The position numbers and the translations under genes were made by a program. Under the pieces are notes generated by a model that worked only from the letters and a program-made list of their open reading frames with translations, was not told where the DNA came from and ran no database searches. A stretch of 64,000 bases of DNA from Mobula hypostoma (Eukaryota): the NCBI RefSeq assembly GCF_963921235.1, contig NC_086108.1, positions 95,916,001-95,980,000 on the forward strand, given 5' to 3'. Every line of letters starts with the position of its first letter. Positions within the stretch are counted from its first letter, which is position 1. Positions 51,065 to 63,152 of the stretch are shown here, in pieces.

Positions 51065-51173
51065 TTTTTTGTCGTGTAATAAACTTCAGGTCACTGCTTA
51101 TTTCAGGAGTTGGCATGGTCAGATTCATTGGGAGGCATTTAACAACCTCTTCCATATCGTATGACCTTGATTC
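51065..51173 (-). CDS. BRDT: BET-family gene, predicted internal coding exon
   Basis: Acceptor ttttgttttccag|GAA. Open frame ESRSYDMEEVVKCLPMNLTMPTPEISSDLKFITRQK, then A|gtaagt (109 nt). Phase 0 in and phase 1 out match both neighbours. Protein conservation is low, so support is mainly from splice signals. Confidence 0.68.
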
Positions 51174-51271
51174 CTGGAAAACAAAACTCAATGAACTACA
51201 TTTAAGAATTAAGTGTTTAGAACTTGCATTTGTTTTTAATTTAAATTTCAGAAATTATGATTTTTTTTTAC

Positions 51272-51363
51272 TTGTGGGTGACTGGATTGAAGAGAACAGT
51301 TCATTGATGGATGTGCAACTTTCAAAGGTGGTGACTGCAATGGTGATACAACTGGAGCAAGTC
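51272..51363 (-). CDS. BRDT: BET-family gene, predicted internal coding exon
   Basis: Acceptor tttttgttttatttttaag|GA. Encodes (G)LAPVVSPLQSPPLKVAHPSMNCSLQSSHPQ, then a weak donor CAA|gtaaaa (92 nt). A 98-nt intron follows. The SPLQ motif recalls BRDT ISPLQILPP. Confidence 0.65.
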
Positions 51364-52973
51364 CTTAAAAATAAAACAAAAAAGTAAGTTTACTGTTAGT
51401 TCAGACACAACCAAAACATCTCTTGAAACGTTGGTGAAAGTAGACTAAAACTCTAACTGCAATATTTCAAAATTTGTCAAATGATTTGAATAGATTTCTG
51501 CAGAATCTCTTGTTCCTTTTGTTTATAATAGTACATTTCCTTAATTAATAAAGCTATGTTTTATTATTCTTGTATTATACATGCATAATAGAAAATATGG
51601 CCAACTAAAAAAGAATACATTCTTTGGAAAACTATAATTTCTTTTCCAGAGAAAACATATACCTTCACAATCAATATCATTAGCATTAAGTTCTATCTTC
51701 AAGATAGCTGTTCCATCCACAATTTCAGTTGATAATTATCATCTGAGATACCTTGGACCAATCTAATTTCTGATAACGAATGGATAACAATTACACCTTT
51801 CTGAGATTTACTCAAGGTATCGATTTCCTTTAAAGCAGAGAAAGCTGTTAACTTGCACTTGATACTTAGGCTCACTTGGACAGGCTTGCATTTCCACTTC
51901 ATTAAAGCACAACAAAACTGAAAAAAACACTTCAGAAGGATACAAACAGTACACAATATATATTCCCTAGACTGAAAGATACTCAGAACTAAAGCTGTAA
52001 AACATAGTTCCAGCTCTGCAACTGCCAAATTGGAGCACAAGATAATAGCAATTGTTGTTGCATCAAAGGCTGATGTCACTTGCACAGTCACAGCATAGGT
52101 GGTTAGAGTATAATTTGACATTAGCCATGTAGTGTGGTAATGGGAAAAGCTAGAGACACAGAAAATCAAAAACACCCTTTACTGCAACATCATCTTGGTT
52201 CAGTATTTAAAGCACCCCAGGTATTCCATATGATGACACTTTAGTTTTGAATTTCTTCCTTTAATAAGAGTAGCTAATTCACACAAAGGGGGGAAAAAAC
52301 ATAAGCCATTACAAACTAAAGGTCCAAGGTTGCTGTGTAGATCTAAATATACAATATCATCCTCATAAAAACTACAATGACCATCAAAATTAAAGTAAAA
52401 ATCAAAAACTATGAGGTACCGAATAATATTTACTATCAAAGTTACCAGATAAAAGCTGGAGTACTCCGCAGATCAGAACTTTTGCAGTTACTCCATTGAA
52501 ATTCCAGCAGAGATTACTGATGGACAAAGGAGCTACATGATAGACTCTCAACAAACTCAGAACACTGGACAATGCATGGCATCATCAGAACAACATTGAT
52601 TACTGGGCATAATACTTACGGTAATATGGAGAGGAGCTACTGAGAAGTAAAACTACAGGTTATCCGTTTGACATAAAACACAGTAACGGAAGAGGATCTA
52701 CCAGTTCTAACCAAACTATCTTCTTTGTATTGTTGACTCTTATTACAAATAAAAAAAACCCATTCAATTCTAGGTAACTGGGGTTAAATAAACGAGTCAA
52801 TCTAGCTGTAAACAAATCCCAAAGAGAAATAATGAAACTCAATTTTAAATTGCAAACACCGTTGTGTGATGGCCCTTATTTTTAGCAGAGGAACAATTCC
52901 TACTCCAAGTGCTAGAAGAAGCTCTGAGAAATATTTAAAGAAGGTAACCTGAATTCTGTGCATCCAGACAAGA

Positions 52974-53450
52974 CACACAGTGGCCACTTTGTTAGGTACC
53001 CCTGCTCGTTAATGCAAATATCTAATCAGCCGATCATGTGGCAGTAATTTAATGCATAAAAACATGCAGACATGGTCAAGAGCATCAATTTCTGTTCAGA
53101 CCAAATGGAAAGAAATGTGCTCTAGGTCACTTTGACTGTAGAATGATTGTTAGTGCCAGACGGGATGGTTTGAGTATCTCAGAAACTGCTGATCTCCTGG
53201 GATTCTCACACACAAAAGTCTCTAGAGTTCACAGAGAATGGTGTGAGAAACAAAAATCATCCAGTGAGCAGCAGATCTGTGGGTGAAAACTCCTCACCAA
53301 TGAGGGAGGTCAGAGGAGAACGGCCAGGCGGGTTCAAGCTGATAGTAAGGAGACAGTAACTCAAATAACCACGCATTACAACAGTGGTGTGCAGAAAAGC
53401 GTCTCTGAAGTCACAACGCAGGAGGTACCTAAAAAAGTGGTCTCTGTGCG
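52974..53450 (+). mobile_element. Non-autonomous Tc1-family element (internal deletion derivative)
   Basis: TIRs cacacagtggccactttgttaggtacc / ggtacctaaaaaagtggtctctgtgcg|TA. N-terminal transposase HTH remnant MIVSARRDGLSISETADLLGFSHTKVSRVHREW. Confidence 0.85.
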
Positions 53451-54548
53451 TACATTTACTTTCAGTTAACTGGGATTGGGAGGGGAAGAGTGTGGGGAAA
53501 TGCTGACAAAAGTCCTCACAAAAATGCCGTTTCTCACCAGTTACTAACAGAACAAAACAAAAAGCTGCTGAAAAGCGATGATTTTCTGCATGCCTACCAG
53601 ATATTGAAAAGACTATGTCTTTGATAATTTGAAATAAGATCTTACTATTAAGCAGCAGGGATGGAATTTTTAAAATCATCTCCAAAGGTTTCTCTCTTGT
53701 GCAAAAGATGATAAAAAATAATTCTTCCAAGCATTTTGGTGAGACAATTCTCCATAATGTTTCAAAAGGCAGCTATAGTACCTAATACAGTGTGTAGTGC
53801 CAACTGTAGTATCAGCTGTATGGGTAACAAAATCACCCATACAGAATTCACACATCACTACCAAAAAAAAGTGATGAATGGAATAAGAATTCACTTACAG
53901 AATCTATGAGAAAACTGAATAAACACAACATAAGAGTGAAACAATAGATTGTTGAGGAATTGTATTATGCATTATGGACAGCTTTCTAGGAACACATCTC
54001 TCTGCAACAAGGGGATGTACTCTAACTGCAAGCCTCACTTATTTTAAGCAATCATTCTTCCTCCGTGCCCCCGCCATTCCCATCTTCACCTCATTCTCAC
54101 CATGCTTTCCCTTCCCCCATGCCACACCTGCAAATGCCCCCAGCAAACTGCAAGTAGCACCAGATGGTTGTGGAAATATGCACAGGCAGCAATATTCTTC
54201 TTACAGTTTATTAAACTACAATTCCTCTTTACTGTATCTATGGTAAATGCTAATGATTTGAGAAGTATGGTTCCTTCCAATGACAAGGAAGTTGAAAACA
54301 TTTAATCTTGATCCAGGATTACCCACCGTGTAGCGAAAAAAAAAATGTCAACCAAGTACTGTAATGCTCACTGAGGAATAATCTGTACTCCTGTAAAACT
54401 TTGCATTCGTTATTTATCTTCTGTCACCTTAACACGCAATAATATACTTGCATTGCAAAGTATACATCAATACAAATATACACTGTAACATCTTAAAATC
54501 CCATAAAAATCCAGTTCAAAAAGATTCTTGGACAAGTCAGGTCATTAC

Positions 54549-54756
54549 CTGGTGGTGAAATAATTATCTTTGCTGGAACAAATTGCTCTGGCTGAGAAGG
54601 TCGCATTTTTGTCTTTTGGCTATCGGACAAAATAGGATGACGATATGTTTGTGGTGATTCTGTTACTTCTCCGACATGTAATGGCTGCACTTGAGGAAAA
54701 TAATCCAATGCTGGCTGATACAAAGAATATTTCAACTTGTAATTTGGGTGACCAGG
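54549..54756 (-). CDS. BRDT: BET-family gene, predicted internal coding exon
   Basis: Acceptor cttgtcttttcccttcttaaag|CCT. Encodes Pro/Gln/Ser-rich PGHPNYKLKYSLYQPAL...PAKIIISPP, then G|gtaatg (208 nt, phase 1 out). Lies inside track ORF 54493..54837. Confidence 0.62.
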
Positions 54757-54834
54757 CTTTAAGAAGGGAAAAGACAAGTTTAGAAACCCAAAAGCATTTG
54801 ACAATTCCAATGGCATTAATGTTTTTAAAGTTAC

Positions 54835-54896
54835 CATTTCTTCCTCCTTAGTGAGAATACTGTTACTTTTGTTCCATTTCTTTTTTGAAATTGTTT
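54835..54896 (-). CDS. BRDT: BET-family gene, predicted short internal exon (most 5' exon found in the window)
   Basis: Acceptor tttaatttctacag|AA. Encodes (x)TISKKKWNKSNSILTKEEEM, then ATG|gtaact (62 nt). It is in frame with the next exon whether or not the 78-nt intervening segment is spliced. Confidence 0.58.
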
Positions 54897-55959
54897 CTGT
54901 AGAAATTAAACATTGAACATAACATTAAAGATCATGAAATGAATTCATAAAATAAAATGAGTTAAAATCATAAGTTATAGTTTTTAACATGGAAAGAAAA
55001 AATGGTCCAAAATGTCTTTTAGCTTAAATATGTACCACAATTATTTAGAAATTATCTAGCCAAAACAATAGTGTCTCATTACAGCCTCTTCACCTGATAA
55101 ATAGCGAAGACACTTGATGTGATCCTGAGTCACATTCAGTTGGGGCTACAACACGATTACCACAAGAGTTCTGTCAGCTAATGTAACTGTGAAGGATATT
55201 TACCAGTCAAGGCTAACATACAGTATCATGGCCAGTAAAGCTGATTAAACAGCTCAGTAAAGTTGGAACTCTGAAGAGAAGTCAATGCATTTCAGAGAAT
55301 AAATGGAGAAGCAGAAATGAGTGAGGAAATAAAGATCACTGTGCCTTTTACAACCTGGTTTAAACAGGGATGGTTGAGACGATGAGAAAACAAGGAGCTG
55401 CTTTGATGCGATGTGCCAACACTTAAGTGTTTTGAATTAGCTCAAATGCATTATCATTAGAAAAAAAACGATCTGGAATCCAACCACTTTTCCACAGCGC
55501 TGGAGGCAGAAATGGCTTCTACTTAGTTGTTATATTCATGGAAAAATTTCCCTTCGATTCAATCTATAAAAATATATAGATGTACTGGAAATGAAACTAT
55601 AAAGTTTATGGATAATTCCCCATTATGCAAATTAACACAAATGACAGTAATATTCACTTGAACTATTTTCAATACCTTTTAGGTACCAAAGCAGTTACTT
55701 GGATACAATACTACGAACATAACTGGAGTTCACACATTACAATTAGCCATTATTAACTTGTACCACAAGTTACCAAACCACCTCTACTTAAAAATGTACA
55801 TTTAATATACCAAATATAATATCAAATACTTCCAGGCAATAACTATGAATCAATTAAGGCAGTCAGTTTTCAAATCTTATCATAGAATTTCTGGATCAAA
55901 ACCAGAAAGTGGTAAGGGTATAGAGGACAGCCTTCTGAACTCTTAACAAAAATGACAAG

Positions 55960-58160
55960 AGTCAGTGTCATGCCACACAGAAAAATCCCCTTCAACCGAC
56001 AAGTGTCTCACCTATACACATCCCATTTACCAGCACTTGTTCTGGAGCCTTTGTAGCTTGTATAATTAAGAGTTTATCTTGCTCCCACTTCAATGTTCTA
56101 AGTACTTGCCTCCACCAGTCACACAAGCAGTGCGTTTGTTTCCAAACCCTAGGTGAAAAAAAATATTCTTCTTCAGGTCCCCTTAAAAACATACTGCACA
56201 CCTCAAGCTTGAGTGCATGGTCTGGAATTAGATATTTCTGATATGTATTCAAGCTTCCTACCATCTATCCTATCAATGCCCCTCAATTTAGTACAATTAC
56301 TACATCGTCACTCAATCTCCTGTCCTCCAACAAAGACATCAAATGAAATGCTTCATCCTGGGCAACATCTCTGCACCCTCTCCAGTGTAATCACACTCCT
56401 ACTGGCATGTGGCGATTTAAATTGGACAGAGAATTCCAGCCTGGCCCAGCCCAATGTTTATAAAATTGCACTATAACCTGCATGGCCCCCTTAATGAAAG
56501 CAAGTATCCTGCATGCCTTCTTTACTATCTTATCCACTTGTGCCATCATTTTCAGTGATTCCCCAGACTTGTATACTAAAGTCCTATCCTCAATGGCCCG
56601 TCAAAAGTCCATCACCTCAAATTTATCCATCTCTTATTGCTCTGCCTATCTCATCAACAACATCGCAAAACCTAGAGCCACACCACCAATGTCTGAAAAC
56701 TCACTAATTACACCCCTTGCATTCATTTCCATATTACTAATGTGTATAACAAACAGCAGGATCCAATTACATTCCCTGTGGTACTCCATTGATTTTCAGT
56801 CACAAAAAACAACCCTCCACTATCACCCTCTAATGACTGTTACAGCCAAACCAATTTTGGATTAATTTGCAACTTGCTTTGCTCTCTGAAAGGCCAATTT
56901 CTCATGTGAAGCTCTATCGGAGGCCTTAATAAACACAGCATTAACCACATTGCCCTCATTACTACATCTTAGTTACTTGAAAAAAAAATCAAATTTTTCA
57001 GGCAGAATGAGTTTTTGAGTTGCCCCTGCTTGTCCAAGGGCAGATTAATCCTATCTCTCAGAATTTCCCATTAATTTCCCTACCACTGACTTTTGTTGGC
57101 CCTGGGCCACTGTTGTTTGTGCAGAGACAATACTTTAGACTCATGGGTCTCTAATTACCTGGCCGTTCAATGACAAAAGACCACATTTCCTCTCCTCCAG
57201 TCATATGGAATCTCCTCAACAGGCAGTGTAGATTTGCTAGCGACTGATAAGAGTCATCTGTTACCCAAATACATCTCATCAGACTCTGATTTAATTAGCT
57301 TTAACTTGCTAAGAGACCTGGTGTTTCCCTTCATGCATGCATTATGTGACCACTGCCTGAATTCTCCAGCTATATCAACAATCCCTTGCCTTAGTAAATA
57401 TCATAAGACATAGGAGCAGAATTAGGCCACTTGGCCCATCAATTTTGCTCTGCCATTTGATTAAGGCTGATTTATTATCCCTCTCAACATCATTCATTTG
57501 CCTACTCCCCGTAATCTTTGACACCCTTGTTAATCAAGAGCCTATCAAATTCCACTTTAAATATACTAAATGACTTGACCTCCACAGCCTTCTCTGGCCA
57601 GGCATTCCACAGATTCACCACACACTGCTGAAATAAATTCCTCATCTATCTAAAGGGACGACTTTCTATTCTGACGCTGGCCCTTTTGGTCCCAGACTCC
57701 CCATATCCACGTTATCTAGGCTTTTCAATATTCAGGAAGTTTCAATGAGATCTTATGATCTTATCTTATGAGTGCAGGCAAAGAACTATCAAATAGTTCC
57801 CACACATCAACCATTTCATTCCTGGGATCATTCTCAAAGTTTCTCTGAAAGATCTCCAATGCCAGCACATCCTTTCTTAGATATCGAGCCGGAAATGCCT
57901 CAATACTCCACATGTGGTCTAACCAATGCCTTATAAAGCCTCAGCATCACATCTTTGCTTTTATATTCTAGTCCTGTTCAAATGAATGCTAACATTGCAT
58001 TTGCCTTTCTTACTACTGATTCAACCTGTAAATTAATCTTTAGGGAATCCTGCACTAGGACTCCCAAGTGCCTTTCCATCTCAAATTTCAAGATCATAAG
58101 CCACAGGAGCAGAATCAGGCCATTTGGCCCATCACCATCTGCTCTGCCATTCCATTATGG
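55960..58160 (-). mobile_element. Cluster of old CR1 fragments (55960-57300, 57400-58085, 58095-58160)
   Basis: 3' tails cataagacataggagcagaattaggcc (57402) and cataagccacaggagcagaatcaggcc (58096); the RT 3' blocks match the copies at 19032 and 26000. Confidence 0.7.
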
Positions 58161-58390
58161 ACGATTTAACACCTGACTACATTCTCTTATTCTGCGGAGT
58201 TGCACCATTGGTTTCCTGCAAACTCTACTATTTCCCTAACTACCCTCTTCCCCTCAATACAATACACAAAATTGTTACAAAATATAAACTTATAAAATGC
58301 TTTAAGGAATTCTTTAATCATGTTCACCAGTAATATTTCATATGCTCTATTAACTTGAGTACTCCCACCTTCCTGTACTTCCTATACTCA

Positions 58391-58436
58391 ATAGTATTTT
58401 AATAACTAGGGCCACACCTAGTTATTAAAATACTAT
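58391..58436. repeat. Perfect 20-bp inverted repeat with a 6-nt spacer
   Basis: atagtattttaataactagg-gccaca-cctagttattaaaatactat. Confidence 0.95.
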
Positions 58437-58554
58437 GTGCAATAATTTGTACACTCCCTACAAAAGTGAAATTTTATGACATTGTTTCAAACCTTGTTTA
58501 TAATGAAAAGAACAATACACACATTAACAACCTTGTGTCAGCTACATAATCACA

Positions 58555-58925
58555 ATAAAGTGGTTCAGTGTTCACAGTCTCAATAGAGAAGGTTGTGGGT
58601 CAAATCCCACACAAGACACAAGCGCTGTGTTCTACTGCACTGCCAGGTGGCTGCCTTTCAGATCAGGTATTAAAATAAGAACCCACTTACCCATTCAGTT
58701 AGAGATTTAAAAAACTCAGATGTGTTGACAGAAGAGCAGGTTGTTCTCCTGGTCCTGGATGATGCTCGTCTGTTAACCAACACTCAAAACTTGTAATCCA
58801 GTCATTAGTGTCAGTGGGACTTCATGACAGCTTGCTATGTACCAACAGGTTAACATATTCTAAACTACAGCAATGATTGCACTAGTTATAAAGTAGGTCT
58901 ATTTATCATCAAAAGGTACTACATC
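58555..58925 (+). mobile_element. Ancient Deu-domain SINE (SacSINE1/AmnSINE-like)
   Basis: tRNA-like head (agaaggttgtgggtcaaatcccac), then gcctttcagatcagg..ttaaa...gaagagcagg..gttctcctggtcctgg..aaccaacac, resembling the recalled Deu-domain consensus. Heavily diverged. Confidence 0.5.
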
Positions 58926-59374
58926 AATGCATTTCTTTGTAATAACAAGCTAGCAATTAATGGACAAGGTAATTTTAAAATGCTCTGCAGTTTTTCTAAA
59001 ATACATTCAACTTAAGTATAGGATATCATCGATACATTTGCAGATTGTCTGCAATTTGACAATGCTGAAAATTTTGATCAAAACACAAGAAATGCTAGAG
59101 GAACTCAACAAGTCAGGCAGCATCTATCGAGGGAAATAAACGGTCAAATTGCATTTTGGCTCTGTACAAGTTGAAGAAAGGCAAGGTAGCAGCCAAAGGA
59201 CAGAATAAGTAAATAAAATACAAATCCATTTGAAAAACTGAACTGTTTTTATTATAATGTGGGGAAAGCCACTTTATGAGATACAGAATATTGGTTAAAT
59301 GTAGAGGGGATTGAATACTGCTGTACTTCCTTATATATGAAATACAGAAAGCCAGGATTCAGACACAAGCAGCT

Positions 59375-59990
59375 ATTATAGAACATAGAAATCTACAGCA
59401 CATAGCAGGTCCTTCGGCCCACAATGTTGTGCCAACCATGTAACCTACTCTAGAAACTGCCTAGAATTTCCCTACCACATAGCCCTCTATTTTTCTAAGC
59501 TCCATGTACCCAAGAGTTTCTTAAAAGACCCTGTTGTATCCGCCTTGACACACCCACCACTCTGTGTGGAAAAACTTACCCCTGCCATCCCTTCAGAACC
59601 TGCTTCCAAGCACCTTAAAACTATGCCTCTCGTGTTAGCCTCTTCAGCCCTGGGAAAAAGCCTCTGGCTATCCACACAATCAATGCCTCAGTTTGGGCAA
59701 GCCTTCACCACAAAAGGGGTGGAGCATAAAAGCAGATATCTTGTAGCTTTGTTTCCTAATTTAAGGAGGGATACTCTTGCATTGGAGGCAATTCAGAAAG
59801 GTTCATGAGGATGATTCCTGACTTAAGAGGATGGGTTGAGTAGGTTGGGTCTGTACTGTTCCAGTTTGAATGAAAGGTGACAAAAGATTTAAGTTAGATG
59901 GTACAAGACCTTCCCTTCAAGAAAGAACCTTGACCTAGGCAGCAGAGCTTCAGAATGAAGATTCACTCATTTAAAGGATAGATGGCAATG
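59375..59990. mobile_element. CR1 3' fragment (-, ~59378-59690) within older + strand CR1 remnants
   Basis: Tail atagaacatagaaatctacagcacatagcaggtccttcggccc; peptide PNLRRDTLALEAIQK on +. Confidence 0.65.
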
Positions 59991-60640
59991 CCATTAGTGC
60001 CACTGTCATAACACAGCAAAGTATAACAGAGTAAACTGAAGAGCAACTTCCGGCAAGTTAAGCATGGATACCTCTACCAGATGTGGCATCACAATGCAAG
60101 CAATGGAAACAGGTTGAAGATTTGACCACAATCTCCACACAAGAGGTCAGTAAAATTTCGGGTTGCTGCTGCCGGGAATGTGTATTTTTAAAGGTTCATT
60201 ACTACAGAACCACCTCTTTGATTCTGAATATTCAATTTTACAACTATGGAATCTCAATCCTTTAGAAAAACATCTGTTTTTTTTTGTCTTTCAACTATTT
60301 CCTAATTCATTCATTCCAATTTTTATTTTCTGGTCTGTATTTGATTTGCATGTAATTTATGCTTTATACCAAGCCATTTTATGACTTAGTACCACTCTCA
60401 GTATTCTACAATCTATCTGGTTGATGATTGTTCCCTTAAAAAAAAAACTCTCCTTACAGGAACTGAGGATGCTTCTGCATTAGATCAGGAGCTGGATTAT
60501 GGAACACCTCCAGTAAAACACATTATAATGTTTACAGCCAGCCGTATGCAAGGTGAAAAAAAACATCTACTGTAAACAAAATCTATGCCAGCTTCATGGT
60601 AACATCCAAATGGCAAAGATATGAGGCGTATAATGTAGAC

Positions 60641-60833
60641 CAGGGGTGGCCAACCTTTTACATTCCATGCATCAATTTTTTCACGCATGAGTTACAACTC
60701 TTGTACCCCCCACAATTCTTGTGAAAACATGTTAATATAGAATTCCTGCGTGGGGGGAAAAAGAAAAAAAAATCGCATCTGAACTCAAGCATGAAAAAAC
60801 TGACGCATGGAATGTAAAAGGTTGGCCACCCCG
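60641..60833. mobile_element. hAT-type MITE with ~52-bp inverted arms
   Basis: caggggtggccaaccttttacattccatgcatcaattttttcacgcatgagtt and its near-perfect inverse at 60782-60833; perfect 8-bp TSD atgtagac (60633-40, 60834-41). Confidence 0.92.
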
Positions 60834-61039
60834 ATGTAGACCTTGGTGCTCTGCTGCTTACAGCCATACTCGATACATAATAAAGAAATCAAATGGAGCT
60901 AACTAACCACATTTGCTTCTCACAGACTGAGTGACTCTCCAGCATGGTAAATGCATGAAATTGAGAGCTTAATATCTTCAGTCAAGCTCAACATTCTAAG
61001 ATGCCATCCTTATTGAGAACTTAGCATGCAAGTTTGAAG

Positions 61040-63005
61040 ATCTGCAAGGATCTGTTCTGGGTCCATTGTTGTCTGTCAACAATATCAAAGATTTGGATGA
61101 TAATGTGGTAAACTGGAGCAGCAAATTTGCAGATGGCAGTAAGATTGGAGGTATGGTGGACAGTGAGTAAGGCAATCAAAGCTTGCAGCAGGTTATGGAC
61201 CAGCTGGAAAAATTGACTGAAAACGGCAGAATTCCCAGAAAACAAATTGGCAAAATAGCCAGAAAATAACTCAAGAAGGGAGGTAGAAAAGCCAGAAGGG
61301 CCATGAGAAGTCCTTGACAAGTGGGAATAAGATGAATTCGAAGGTATTCTATATGAGCAAGAGGATAACTAGGGAGTGGGTAGGACCTCTTAAGTTTAAG
61401 GGGGAAAACATTTGTTCGAATGCAGAAGGTGTGGGGAGATCCTTAATGAGTACATTACTTTGGTATTTACCAAGGAGAAGGAGACAAAGGGCAGGGAGAT
61501 CAGTGCTGAGTGTATTGACATGCTAGGGCACTTCGAGTTAGAGGAGGAGGCAGTGTTGGGTGGATAAGTGCCCAGGGCTTGATGGAATAAACCCCAGGTT
61601 ATTGAGAGAGGCAAGAGAGATTGCTGGGGCCTTGACCAACATCCTTGTGTCTTCTCCAACCACAGGCGAGGTCAGGAGGACTGGTGAAAAGCTGATGTTG
61701 TTCCATTATTCAATAAGGGAACCAGGGATCACTGTTCCCTCTAAACTGTGTGGGTGCATGGCTGCGGAGAAACTGAAATGCTCCCGTGCACATAGCCTTT
61801 GTTGCTGCGCAGCTCAAATTTTCTTTTATACAATGTTTATATAATTTTGATATTATGCCATTAATTTGAAATGTTAAATTGTGTTAATGAATATAATCCA
61901 TAAATTTTTTAAATAAACATACCACATTTACTTTGAAACATATTAGAGCTTCCACATATTGACACTGACAGTGTTTCAAGTTACAACACCGTTACTAATT
62001 GTAACAAGTTGGTAGCTCGTTGTTAATAAACCACCAATCTGCTGAACACTGACACAAAGTTTAAAAGTTTACAATACATGAAAGATTTTCTTTCTTGTAC
62101 TGTATTTCAGTAAATAAAAGTATGTGATATTTCAATTTTTAAGTATGCACATTACAAAAATAAACATTTTAAGTGCCGGGCAGTTTTCTGGCTGTGTAAA
62201 AATGTCCATCTCAGAGCAATGGTTGGTCTGCATGGGCTGTAAAAAAAGACTCAAGGGATCATTGCTGGGGATATTCCTAGAAACCATAGGGCAGTGAGTT
62301 TCTCGTCAGTGGTAGGGAAGTTACTGGAGAGAATTCTTATGGATAGGATTTATCAGCACTTGGGAAAATGAGCTAATTAGGGAAAGCCAGCAAGTTGTGT
62401 CTTGCTAGCTTGATTGAGATTTTTGATGAGGTAACAAGAATGCTTGATGAAGGCAGAACTGTCAGTGGTGTCTTAATGGATTTTAGTAATGTGTTTGACA
62501 AGGGCCCTCATGGGACGCTCATCCAGAAGGTTAATATGCATGGGATCAGTGGTGATTTGGCTGTTTGGATTCACAACTAGCTTGCCTATAAAAGACAGAG
62601 TTGTGCTCAAAGGGACTTACTCTAGCTGAAAATCTGGATTAATAGAGTTCCATTGGGATTTGTACTAAGACATCTGCTGTTTATGATGTATATAAATGAT
62701 CTGGATGAGAATGTACTGTAGCTGGGTGGGTTAGTAAGTTTGCAGATGATACAAAGATTGGTGGTGTTGTGGATAGTGTAGAAGACTGGCAAAGAATACA
62801 GAGGGATATAGATCAGTGGCAGATATGGGTGGAGAAATGGCAGATTGATTTTAACCCAGCCAGATGTGTCACACCTTGATAGATCAAATTCCAAGAAACA
62901 ACATACCATTAAGGGCAAAATCCTTAACAGTGTTGATCAGCGAGATCTTGGGGTCCAAGTTTATAGATCCCTGAAAGTGGCTAACAGGTTGGTAGGGTGG
63001 TTAAG
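61040..63005 (+). mobile_element. Degenerate CR1 RT fragments, interrupted by a hAT-type element
   Basis: Peptides DKCPGLDGINPRLLRE, MDFSNVFDKGPH and SKFADDTKIGGVVDS. Confidence 0.8.
61730..62264. mobile_element. Non-autonomous hAT-type element nested in CR1
   Basis: Termini cactgttccct / agggatcattg; 6/8 TSD ccagggat (61722-29) / ctggggat (62265-72). The CR1 NYRPVS-like region resumes right after. Confidence 0.65.
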
Positions 63006-63152
63006 GCACGAAAGGTTCATTTATTATCAAAGTATTTATACAGTATAGAACTCAGACTCATCTTCTCCAGATTTCCATGAAACAAAGAAAACCAAGGAAG
63101 TCGTTCAAAGAAATACATCAACCTCCCTCCCCGCATTAAAAAAATTACACAA

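Noticed and set aside
51699..52175. 158-aa minus-strand ORF, or an alternative 3' UTR in the repeat-poor 51400-52900 region
   Set aside because: No recognisable homology and an AT-rich composition. It lies between phase-consistent BRDT exons, so it is treated as intron; 3'-end sequencing would be needed to revisit this.
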